A DNA stretch of 58,251 nt from Oligoflexales bacterium (GTDB lineage: Bacteria; Bdellovibrionota_B; Oligoflexia; Oligoflexales; CAIYRB01). The stretch is taken from the NCBI GenBank assembly GCA_041736175.1, contig JBGSUI010000264.1:1-58251 (forward strand), in the 5' to 3' direction. Within the stretch, counting starts at the first letter, position 1. The number at the start of each line of letters is the position of its first letter. Shown in pieces: positions 40,208-49,032 of this stretch. The notes beneath the pieces were generated by a model, which saw only the letters and a list, made by a program, of their open reading frames with translations, was not told where the DNA came from and did not search any database. Both the position numbers and the translations under genes were made by a program.

Positions 40208-41707
40208 TTAGCTAAATTTCAACATATCGCCACGGTTTAGATAGTTGAGGTGAAAATCAAAAACATGGGCAAGATCGACGGGGACCTGCCGTCCGGGAGC
40301 ATTAGCGATGCTAGCTTCTAGGTGCTCAAGCAGCGCCGAGCGGTAGCGGGGATGGGCGCATTTGCTGATGATTTCTCTGGCTTTTGCGGTCGGACTGAGC
40401 CCCCTAAGATCCGCTAAACCCTGTTCGGTCACAAAAATCTGGGTGGAGTGCTCGCTTTGGTCAGTATGGGTGACCATAGGTACTATATTAGAAATCTTGC
40501 CACCTTTACTTGTGGAGGGGCTCATAAAGATCGGCAAAAAACAGTTCCGGGTGAAATCAGCGCTTCCACCAATACCATTCATAATCTTGCTACCAAACAC
40601 ATGGGTTGAATTGACGTTGCCAAAGACGTCCATTTCAAGGGCTGTGTTCATAGAGATCAAACCAAGTCGATGGATTATCTCCGGACTATTGGTGATCTCC
40701 TGCTGTCTGATGATGAAATATTTTCGGAATTCATCAACATGATCTCTAAACCGTCGATGCCCTGCAGAGGAAAAAGTCAAAGCACTTGTGGATGCCACAA
40801 TCAGTTTGTCGTGATCGATCAAGCTAAAAATTGAATCTTGGACCACTTCTGTATAGAGGCTTATGGGTTCGGATTGTTTATCTTCGGCAATGCAAGCTAA
40901 GACTGCATTTGCTATGTTTCCCACACCCGATTGGTAGGGTAGTCCCGCTGGTAGGCGGCCTGCCTTGCGTTCATGTTTTAGAAAATCAAGAATATGGCAA
41001 GCTATTGCCTTGCTGTCCTGATCTGGTTCCTTAAAATCGCCCGCCACATCAGGTCGGTTTGTGAGCACAATCCCAGCGATTTTATCGAGTGAAACTTGTA
41101 CATAGGGGAGACCTATGCGATCACCAGGATCGTAGATAGGGATCAGTCGTCTTGAATTGCCATCATCAGGAATAAAGACGTCATGGAATCCTTTGAGGCT
41201 TTCACCGAAAAAGCTGTTCCACTCGATAAAGATTCTATCTGCCATCATCATATAGGAGGCAGTGGCGCCACCGGAGGTGCTTAAATAGACTTTGCCGTCT
41301 GGAGTTATATCCACGGCCTCGATGATTGCGGTCGTTGGTTTGCGGAGATACCCCGAACGGACATGTTGAGGGATTCCAGAGAGGTGATAGTCCATGAATT
41401 CAACCAAACCTTGGTTGATTTGTTCTCTTAACAAAGCATTGGATTGGTACGGCAACCTCTTTTTCGTTATTTTGGCCCGTGCCCATTCACCATCGAGTTC
41501 GTCGCCCACGCTAGCACCAGTGTACAGGGTTAGTCCGAATGGTTGGCCCTGTGCTTTGATTTTAGTTCCATGAGCCGCGATGGCTGGTGGAATCACTTTC
41601 GGATATCCAGCGGGCGTGAAACCACTACAGGCGATTACTTCATCGTCTTTAATCAGTGATGCAACTTCCTCCGGTGACATGATTTTATTTCTGAGGATGG
41701 GATTCAT
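40208..41707 (-). CDS. cat1: Succinate CoA-transferase (Cat1/AarC type)
   Basis: SGFTPAGYPK, TGASVG, QSGVGNIANA, YTEVVQD, MNGIGGSADF. Confidence 0.88.
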   Translation of the reverse strand: MNPILRNKIMSPEEVASLIKDDEVIACSGFTPAGYPKVIPPAIAAHGTKIKAQGQPFGLTLYTGASVGDELDGEWARAKITKKRLPYQSNALLREQINQGLVEFMDYHLSGIPQHVRSGYLRKPTTAIIEAVDITPDGKVYLSTSGGATASYMMMADRIFIEWNSFFGESLKGFHDVFIPDDGNSRRLIPIYDPGDRIGLPYVQVSLDKIAGIVLTNRPDVAGDFKEPDQDSKAIACHILDFLKHERKAGRLPAGLPYQSGVGNIANAVLACIAEDKQSEPISLYTEVVQDSIFSLIDHDKLIVASTSALTFSSAGHRRFRDHVDEFRKYFIIRQQEITNSPEIIHRLGLISMNTALEMDVFGNVNSTHVFGSKIMNGIGGSADFTRNCFLPIFMSPSTSKGGKISNIVPMVTHTDQSEHSTQIFVTEQGLADLRGLSPTAKAREIISKCAHPRYRSALLEHLEASIANAPGRQVPVDLAHVFDFHLNYLNRGDMLKFS

Positions 41708-41747
41708 AAATATTTCCTTGTAACAGTTTGCTTAAATTGATCTCACA

Positions 41748-43346
41748 TTAATGAACGTGCCTTGGTTCTGGCTCTTCTTTGCTAAATTCTAGATTGGTTG
41801 GATTTTGAATGCTGGAGTCATGAAAAATTCCGTTTTGCATGCCTGGTTTTTGAAGGGTTGGCTTTTTTTCTGGAAACGAAACAGGCTTGCCGATCTCAGC
41901 AAGGCTGGCTGCAGCTTTCTTTTTGGTTTCGATATCAGCCAGTCGTGCCATCATAATACGCTGTGCTTGGGGCGATCCAGCACCGTGCATCGATTCCGCG
42001 AGATAGCCGACAGCCGCGCGACCTAGGGTGAGGTTTTCAATAAGACGCATAAGTTTCATGCGATCAATCACTTTCACTGAGCCCTTGGTTTTTAAGTATT
42101 TTTCCAGATAGGGTCGCGTCTCTGGATTGGCATAGTCATGGGCACTAGGCATCGTTACAAACATCCCTCCAGCGATATCTTGGAGAAGACGGGCGATTTC
42201 ATAGGGGAAACGGGTCACATTTTGTTTGCAGACGTTGGCCAAAAGGTTATCAATCATATAGTTTCCAGCGGCGCACTGTTGGCCAGCGGCTGAACATGCG
42301 AGTCCACAGGCCCACATGGTTTCGTTTAGATGGATCATCTCGACGATTTTGTCTTTGATATGGGATGCACCCTCAGCTCCATTGTATTCAGCAGCTAACG
42401 CGGCAGCACCGATAGCAACGTCGCCCACTCCGGTCTTACAGCCACCGTAACTCTGCCGGTGGTACCCAGCAAAGCGTTCGATTAAAACGCCCGAATATTC
42501 GGTTTCCCCATCCATATAAATTCGCTCTTTAGGAACAAAGACATCCTCAAAGATAACCAAGACTTCTTGGCCGCCAAAGCAGGGATTTCCTGAATCGATT
42601 TCCCCAGCCTCACTCTCATCGAGTTTGCGGAGATCGCAGGATTGGCGTCCATAGATATAAGTGATTCCTGGTGCATCCACAGGCACTGAACAACAGATGG
42701 CGTAGTCTTTTTCATTTGGCCGCATAGCAACGGTTGGCATTACCAAATGTACGTGAGAATTGATGGCCCCCGTCTGATGGGCTTTGGCCCCTCGAATCAC
42801 CACGCCATCATCCCGCCGTTCCACGACTCTCAGATACATATCGGGATCACTCTGATCGCCGGGTCTTTTGCTCCGATCGCCCTTGACGTCGGTCATGGCT
42901 CCGTCGATGATCCAATCCCTATCCTCGGCGACTTTGATAAAATTGGTAAAACGTTCGTGATAGTCGGTCCCATTTTGCTTATCCATGTCATAAGTCGTCG
43001 AAAATATGGAATTGATGGCGTCCATACCGACACAGCGTTGGAAGCAGGTGCCAGAGCGTTTACCCAGGAGTCGTTGCATCTTGACTTTGTTCATCAAGTC
43101 GTTTGTACTCTGATGGAGATGACAAAATCGATTGATGGTCTTACCGGTAAGGGCTGATTTTGTGGTCATAAGCTCTTTGTGCTCGCTTTCATGGGCCACA
43201 TCATAGGTTAAGGCTACAGAATTGATGGATGGTTTTATCATGGGGTGATCCACCGGATTATCGACCAGGTAGCCGTTTAAAAAGATTCTGAGAGGCCCCC
43301 GTTGGCGTAGGCTTTCAATATACTGTTTTCCTGTCATCAAAGTCAT
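41748..43346 (-). CDS. abfD: 4-hydroxybutyryl-CoA dehydratase ([4Fe-4S]/FAD)
   Basis: Cluster-ligand motifs CFQRCVGMD and HRQSYGGCK; GAMTDVKGDRS, ESMHGAGSPQAQ. Confidence 0.95.
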   Translation of the reverse strand: MTLMTGKQYIESLRQRGPLRIFLNGYLVDNPVDHPMIKPSINSVALTYDVAHESEHKELMTTKSALTGKTINRFCHLHQSTNDLMNKVKMQRLLGKRSGTCFQRCVGMDAINSIFSTTYDMDKQNGTDYHERFTNFIKVAEDRDWIIDGAMTDVKGDRSKRPGDQSDPDMYLRVVERRDDGVVIRGAKAHQTGAINSHVHLVMPTVAMRPNEKDYAICCSVPVDAPGITYIYGRQSCDLRKLDESEAGEIDSGNPCFGGQEVLVIFEDVFVPKERIYMDGETEYSGVLIERFAGYHRQSYGGCKTGVGDVAIGAAALAAEYNGAEGASHIKDKIVEMIHLNETMWACGLACSAAGQQCAAGNYMIDNLLANVCKQNVTRFPYEIARLLQDIAGGMFVTMPSAHDYANPETRPYLEKYLKTKGSVKVIDRMKLMRLIENLTLGRAAVGYLAESMHGAGSPQAQRIMMARLADIETKKKAAASLAEIGKPVSFPEKKPTLQKPGMQNGIFHDSSIQNPTNLEFSKEEPEPRHVH

Positions 43347-43400
43347 AGTGAGTCCTCTTTTTTGTATTGATACTATAAAATGAGCTATGAAAGTTGCTTT

Positions 43401-44690
43401 TTAAGTCGAAGCTCCCTGAAAAGACAAGTAATCTCTAAACATAGGGTGGGCTATATCGATCAGAGCTTTTTTCCTTTGTCGAGCCGTTTTTCCTTTGAGA
43501 TGTGCGACGCCGAATTCAGTGACAATGGTGTCCACATCGAATCGCGAGGTTGTCACCGATGATTGGGAGTTTATATGGGGTACGATCCGTGAGATGGTTT
43601 CGCCCTTTGCGGTTGAAGGTAGGGCTATGACCGATCGTCCCCCCTTTGAAGCCGCTGCTGCCCTTACAAAATCCACCTGACCACCAACGGAACTAAACTG
43701 TAAAGGACCAATCATATCGGCACAGACTTGGCCCATCAGATCCACTTCGAGTGCCGAATTAATGGAAATGAGATGATCGATCCGTCCCGCGACAAGAATG
43801 TTGTTGGTGTAGTCAACCGGAAGCATAAGAACATCCCGATTGTTGTGGACAAAATCATAAAGCTTTTTGGTCCCCATAAGGAAAGTTGCGACCATTTTTC
43901 CAGGGTCGACATTTTTTAGGCGATTGGTAATCACGCCTTTTTTGGCAAGATCGACAACACCATCAGAAAACATCTCGGTATGAATACCTAGATCATTTTT
44001 GTTTTGTAAACAGGATAGAACTGCATCTGGAATGGAGCCGATGCCAAGCTGTAGACAGTCTCCGTCTTTTATGAGGTCTGCGATATAGGACCCTATTTTT
44101 TGCTCTATTGGTCCGATCTTGGGGGGTTGCAATTCTAGAAGAGGGCGCTCACTGCGGACAAAATAATCTACCTTTGAGACGTGGATCTGGGAACCGAGTG
44201 TGCGTGGCATGAGTTCGTTGACTTCTGCGACGACTAAGCGAGCACTTTCAGCAGCAGCCTGGGTATAATCCACAGAAACCCCATAGCTCATCCACCCATT
44301 TTCATCAGGTGGTGAGACGCAGATGAGGGCTACGTCGATGGGTATCATCTTTTCCCTAAAGAGGCTTGGAATCTGTGAGAAAAAAACAGGTGTGTATTCA
44401 GCTCGACCTTCTGCGACTGCTTTTCGCGTTGGACCTCCCACAAAAAGAGAGTTATGAATGAAGTGATCTTGCATTCCAGGTTCACAGTATCGACAAGACC
44501 CCATGGGGACCATATGGACGAACTCAGTTTTTTTGAACTTTTTATAGCCTTCAAGTAAGGCATCCACGAGCACCGTCGGTTCTCCTGCAGCGTGGCCGAT
44601 TGCTAGCCGACAAGTCTCTGGAATGAGATTGATAAGGTCACTAGGGTTTCGAAGGGTTCTATCTTCGAAGGTTGTCGTCCAGAGGGGCAT
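43401..44690 (-). CDS. cat2: 4-hydroxybutyrate CoA-transferase (Cat2/AbfT)
   Basis: HAAGEP, SYGVSVDYT, LQLGIGSIPDAV, GIHTEMFSDG, VGGQVDF; ATG at 44690 with RBS. Substrate inferred from context. Confidence 0.85.
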   Translation of the reverse strand: MPLWTTTFEDRTLRNPSDLINLIPETCRLAIGHAAGEPTVLVDALLEGYKKFKKTEFVHMVPMGSCRYCEPGMQDHFIHNSLFVGGPTRKAVAEGRAEYTPVFFSQIPSLFREKMIPIDVALICVSPPDENGWMSYGVSVDYTQAAAESARLVVAEVNELMPRTLGSQIHVSKVDYFVRSERPLLELQPPKIGPIEQKIGSYIADLIKDGDCLQLGIGSIPDAVLSCLQNKNDLGIHTEMFSDGVVDLAKKGVITNRLKNVDPGKMVATFLMGTKKLYDFVHNNRDVLMLPVDYTNNILVAGRIDHLISINSALEVDLMGQVCADMIGPLQFSSVGGQVDFVRAAAASKGGRSVIALPSTAKGETISRIVPHINSQSSVTTSRFDVDTIVTEFGVAHLKGKTARQRKKALIDIAHPMFRDYLSFQGAST

Positions 44691-44778
44691 TTCCCTGATC
44701 CTCTCGATAAATAACAAAAGCTTCCAGCTTGAAGCGCAGCGTGGTGTACAGATCACAAGATTTAGGGGGTCGCAGTCT

Positions 44779-44795
44779 AGCGATCAGTGATCGCT
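44779..44795. promoter_or_regulatory. Perfect 8-1-8 palindrome in the divergent promoter region
   Basis: AGCGATCA-G-TGATCGCT. Confidence 0.5.
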
Positions 44796-45332
44796 CTTTT
44801 CATTGCGAACATCTTTAGTATTCTCTTTGGCTACATAGGATGTCAATCCAAAAATAAGCAAACAAGGGGCAATAAGGCAAAAAGGACGAATTTAAGAAAT
44901 ATAACTGTGTCTAGGAGCTTTTGAATCATTAGGTTTAATGTTGAGCGAATAAGTCGAGATAAAGTTTCGGAGGAAGCTACAGAAAATTTGCATTTTGGCA
45001 AAAACAAAACTTTGCGAGCTCTAAGGAAAATTGTATATCGAGAACCATTATCAAAAACTTTAAATGATATAAAATTGGGTGTTTAGAGTTTTTGAATGTC
45101 TATAAAAGAGGTGTTTATTCAATGTTGATCGATTGAGTAGACTTTGCAAATGCGGACTTTAGATTTTTTAGAACGGATTTTTACTTGTACTGGTCATCTC
45201 GAAGGGTGTAGGTTTTGCAAGAGACATAGAGCGCAGAGACTCTAAGTCATAGGACTTACATCCAATCCAAAAAATCTTTAAACCAGGTCTACAATCATCT
45301 TCTTGAAATGATGTTCGTATAAGGAGCGATCT

Positions 45333-46736
45333 ATGGGGACGGCTGTTTGTGATGTTGCATCGAGCTATATGAAACGTGCAAAAAATGGACAAGAGTTTCT
45401 CCATCGGATGACCCAAGAAGAGGTTGATAGGCTGGCCCATGCTTGTGGAAAGGCGGTTTATGACAATGCGAAACTTTTGGCGCAAAAAGCAGTCTTGGAA
45501 ACTGGATTAGGAAATGTTCACGACAAGATCCTTAAGAAGCGATCCAAAGCAGAAGCGACATGGACAGAAATCAAAGACAAACGAACGGTAGGGATCATCA
45601 AGCGTGATCATGCCAAGAGGATGATTTACTATGCTGATCCTGTGGGTGTGGTGGCAGGGGTGGCACCTTGTACCAATCCAATATCTACGGCGATGTTCTA
45701 CACAATGATTTGTATTAAAACAAGAAACAGTCTGATTATATCTCCTCATCCTAAAGCCATCGAGTCGACCTTTCTCACCATAAAAATCATGATGGATGCG
45801 ATGGCTTTTGCGGGAATCCCCGAAGAAGTCATACAGGTCCTCTATGAGCCCGAGTTGACGGGCTCAGAATCGCTTATGCTAGCTTCTGAAGTCATGTCCA
45901 TGGCCAATATGGTTGTAGCAACTGGTGGACCAAAGTTAGTTGATGTGGCCTACCATAGCGGGACTCCGGCCTATGGGGTAGGGGCGGGAAATACGCCAGT
46001 TTATATTCACCATAGTAGCAATGTTTCTGAGGCCATTGAAAAGATTGTCACGGGTAGATCCTTTGACAATGGGATTATTTGTGCGAGCGAGCAGCATATC
46101 ATCTCGCCCTATACCCTGGAGCGCCCGATCACGGAGGCTTTAGAAGCCTCAAAAGCTTATGTGATAAAAGATCGTAGTGAGTGGGAACATCTTACGGAGA
46201 CCATTTTTGATGTCCGTGGACATTTAAAGACTGAATATATAGGCAAGCCTGCGACTTTTATCGCAGAAAAAGCCGGTTTGAATGCGCCAAAGGACTGTCG
46301 GGCGCTAGTGGTTCCGACCCCAACCAATCTGATCGGCCAAGATCCTTATACTGCGGAAAAACTCTGTCCTATCTTGTCCTGGTTTTCGGTAAAAGACCTG
46401 AGTGATGGAATTGATGTGGCTGTGTCGCTCCTAAATTTTCAGGGTAAAGGCCATTCAGCCGCAATCCATATTGACGAAGATCGCTTTGAGGAAGATTTGT
46501 TAAGATTTTCGGAAAACATGCCTGCAACCCATGTCATTGTAAACATGGCGGCGGCTACCTCATCAGGGGGTGGTCGGTACAACTGGTTGACACCAAGCAC
46601 GACTTTGGGTTGTGGAGCCTATGGCGGAACGATGCCGATGGAATCGATTAATTTAAGCGTTAAACAATTGATTAACTTTAAAGCAGTGGCGATGCCTCTT
46701 GGTGTCAGTCGTATACCCGAACGACTTTTTGGCTAA
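45333..46736 (+). CDS. sucD: CoA-acylating succinate-semialdehyde dehydrogenase (succinyl-CoA reductase)
   Basis: GKAVYDNA, IKDKRTVGII, PAYGVGAGN, GRSFDNGIICASEQ, GHSAAIH, TTLGCG; closely resembles clostridial SucD as recalled. Confidence 0.85.
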   Translation: MGTAVCDVASSYMKRAKNGQEFLHRMTQEEVDRLAHACGKAVYDNAKLLAQKAVLETGLGNVHDKILKKRSKAEATWTEIKDKRTVGIIKRDHAKRMIYYADPVGVVAGVAPCTNPISTAMFYTMICIKTRNSLIISPHPKAIESTFLTIKIMMDAMAFAGIPEEVIQVLYEPELTGSESLMLASEVMSMANMVVATGGPKLVDVAYHSGTPAYGVGAGNTPVYIHHSSNVSEAIEKIVTGRSFDNGIICASEQHIISPYTLERPITEALEASKAYVIKDRSEWEHLTETIFDVRGHLKTEYIGKPATFIAEKAGLNAPKDCRALVVPTPTNLIGQDPYTAEKLCPILSWFSVKDLSDGIDVAVSLLNFQGKGHSAAIHIDEDRFEEDLLRFSENMPATHVIVNMAAATSSGGGRYNWLTPSTTLGCGAYGGTMPMESINLSVKQLINFKAVAMPLGVSRIPERLFG

Positions 46737-46778
46737 ACTCAAAACCCAGTCGATGACCCATAAGTTTTAGGAGATTCT

Positions 46779-47945
46779 ATGGTAGCGATGGCGCCGATCG
46801 CCGAGATGTTAAGGATTCCGCAGCTAAAATCTGGACAAGGTGCCATTGCGGCATTGGAGCCTTTTCTTAATGAGTTAAAGGTGCAACGACTCTTGGTCAT
46901 CACCAGTCCTGAGCTGGTCAGCTGCGGTGTTTATGGGCATCTAGAGCGGGTTTGTCTAAAGATTCCTGATTTGGTGCTCACCAGGTTTGATCAAGTCACT
47001 CCTGATCCTTCCATAGAGCTTGTGGAAGAGATTGTGGCGGTTGGGCGTAAGTCTAAAGTAGAAGCTGTGGTGGCGTTAGGGGGTGGTTCGCCCATAGACG
47101 CGGCCAAAGTGGCGGCTGCCATCATTGCTAGTTCAGATCAAACTGTAAGGAGCGTCATTGGCAGTCATCTTGTCAAGGCTACGCTGCCGCTGGTCGCTGT
47201 GCCCACAACCTCAGGGACGGGAAGCGAAGTGACACCCGTAGCGATTCTCACGGATTTAGTGGACCAAATCAAAAAGGGTGTGGTATCGGAAAAAATCATC
47301 CCTATCATGGCAATCCTCGACTCAAATCTGACGGTCAACCTGCCAAAAGCCCAGACAGCATTCACAGGACTAGACGCTCTCACTCATTCCATTGAGGCGT
47401 TTATTTCAAAAAAAGCCACGCCTTTAAGTGACTTTTATGCCCGGACGGCGATTCGGATGATCATGGCAAATATTCGCAAAGCTTATAAAGATGGTACCGA
47501 TCACATGGCTCGGGGTGCCATGCAGATTGCCGCTTTTTATGCGGGAATCGCATTTGCAAATGCGGGTGTCACCGCTGCCCATGCCTTTGCCTATCCCCTG
47601 GGGGCCCGCTACCATTTGCCCCACGGGCTGGCGGTTATACTGATGTTACCCGCAGTCCTGGAGTATAATGCCAAGGCGGATTCACAACGTTTTATGGAGT
47701 TAGCAAGGCTCCTTAATGATGATAAGGTGACTGATTCCAGCCAAGTGGTACCGAGCATTGTCAGACTCTGTAGCGATCTAGGGGTGGTTCTAGGGCTTAA
47801 AAAAGTTGGTGTGTCCGCAGATTCCCTGGATGAAATGGCTTCGAGCGCTTTGACGATCAGGCGGATCTTGGACAACAATCCGGTTCCAATTACCACTATC
47901 GAGCATTCCACTCAGATCTTGGAAAGAGCCTATTCTTATACCTAG
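46779..47945 (+). CDS. Iron-containing alcohol dehydrogenase, probable 4-hydroxybutyrate dehydrogenase
   Basis: GGGSPIDAAK, PTTSGTGSE, DALTHSIE, H...HG metal ligands. Specificity inferred from context only. Confidence 0.8.
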   Translation: MVAMAPIAEMLRIPQLKSGQGAIAALEPFLNELKVQRLLVITSPELVSCGVYGHLERVCLKIPDLVLTRFDQVTPDPSIELVEEIVAVGRKSKVEAVVALGGGSPIDAAKVAAAIIASSDQTVRSVIGSHLVKATLPLVAVPTTSGTGSEVTPVAILTDLVDQIKKGVVSEKIIPIMAILDSNLTVNLPKAQTAFTGLDALTHSIEAFISKKATPLSDFYARTAIRMIMANIRKAYKDGTDHMARGAMQIAAFYAGIAFANAGVTAAHAFAYPLGARYHLPHGLAVILMLPAVLEYNAKADSQRFMELARLLNDDKVTDSSQVVPSIVRLCSDLGVVLGLKKVGVSADSLDEMASSALTIRRILDNNPVPITTIEHSTQILERAYSYT

Positions 47946-47948
47946 GAC

Positions 47949-48039
47949 TGGTTTTACGAAGCCATTTTTTTGGTTTTTGCGCCTGATTTTCCCTTGTCTT
48001 CGAGCAATGAGTCAATCCTGGGATCATCAGGAGTGGAGA
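47949..48039 (-). repeat. Direct repeat A: orphan copy of the 3' end of the response regulator gene
   Basis: 85/91 identical to 53635-53725; encodes STPDDPRIDSLLEDKGKSGAKTKKMAS-stop. Confidence 0.95.
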
Positions 48040-48846
48040 GTACGTAGTGAAGGTAAATGTTGGCTAAAAGCGGAGAGATGCTTCCTCCCTGCGGGCTACC
48101 AACGTCAGTCTTTGTGTATTGACCGTCATTAAGAACACCGGCAGTGAGCCAACTCTCGATAAGCCCAATAACCCTTTCATCACAGATTCTATGACGCAGG
48201 AACTTTCTCAACCATCCATGGTCGAGACTTCCAAAGAAATCGCGGATATCAACTTCGAGCGCATAGTTCAACTGGTCTTTGATGGGTCCTTTTAAGAGTC
48301 CGTCGTGGATCGTGGCAAGCGCATTATGGCATCCTCTTCTCGGTCGAAATCCAAACGAGCAGTTCAGAAAATCTTGCTCGTAGATCCCTTCGAGAATCTT
48401 CGCCATACCCGCTTGGCACCCTCTGTCAAAAATAGTTGGCACCCTCTGTCAAAAATAGTTGGCACCCCAATCGGGCGCTGACGCCCATCTGGTTTGGGGA
48501 TAAAGACCCGTTGCACAGGTGGCGCCTGATAGGTCCCCCCATGCATGGCCTTTAACGCCGGAGGGATAAGCCAGCTCAAGTTTTCTAGGACTTGATCTTT
48601 GCTCATTCCATCCACACCTGGTGCAGAGCTGTTAGGAATCGTATGCATGCACTCCTTAATAAGCTCTGGGGTCAAGTGATGCATCAAGTTGTTGAACTTC
48701 ACGCCTGGGTGAGTCCGCGCTAACGCTGCTACCCGAGCAATGCCTGTTGGCTTGTTTTCGTGTGAAACGTTGGGTTTTCCCATACTCTGACCGCTGTGTG
48801 TCTTCAAGTTTCCATCCATTGCTCTACTCCATTTTGCTACGCCCAT
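48040..48846 (-). pseudogene. ltrA: Group II intron reverse transcriptase/maturase, frameshifted and truncated before YADD
   Basis: KFNNLMHHL, APGVDG, VFIPKPDGRQRPIGVPTIFDR, SFGFRPRR, VDIRDFF, GSPQGGSISPLLANIYLHYVL, then fused in frame to repeat A. Confidence 0.93.
48413..48467 (+). repeat. 23-bp tandem duplication causing the RT frameshift
   Basis: ttggcaccctctgtcaaaaatag x2 followed by ttggcaccc. Confidence 0.95.
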
Positions 48847-48945
48847 CCCTCCACGGTGATTAGCCGGTTCATCGGTACTATGGCGAAGTCTGACTCCCTA
48901 CCCTCTCCCTTGGTTTCCACCAAAGGATGCCTCATTGTTGCACCA
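48820..48945 (-). ncRNA. Group II intron RNA remnant (approximately domains II-III)
   Basis: Minus strand CCTTTGGTGGAAACCAAGGG hairpin, then GGAGTCAGAC..CCATAGTACCGATGAACCGGCTAA..GGAGGGATGGG, typical upstream of bacterial intron RT ORFs. Confidence 0.7.
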
Positions 48946-49032
48946 ATCAAAAAAACGCTAAAAATGTAAGGCTAAAACCTTGTATGGTGAGTGCCTCCAT
49001 GATCAAGGCCAAATTTTCTAATGCAACTCCAA

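Noticed and set aside
44760..45330. FNR/Rex boxes or a sigma54 promoter at 45205-45218
   Set aside because: No TTGAT-N4-ATCAA or TTGTGAA-N4-TTCACAA match; the GG-N10-GC lacks the TGGCA context.
39325..47945. Evidence of autotrophic carbon fixation
   Set aside because: No carboxylases are in the window, and CoA-transferases rather than a 4HB-CoA ligase fit heterotrophic use.
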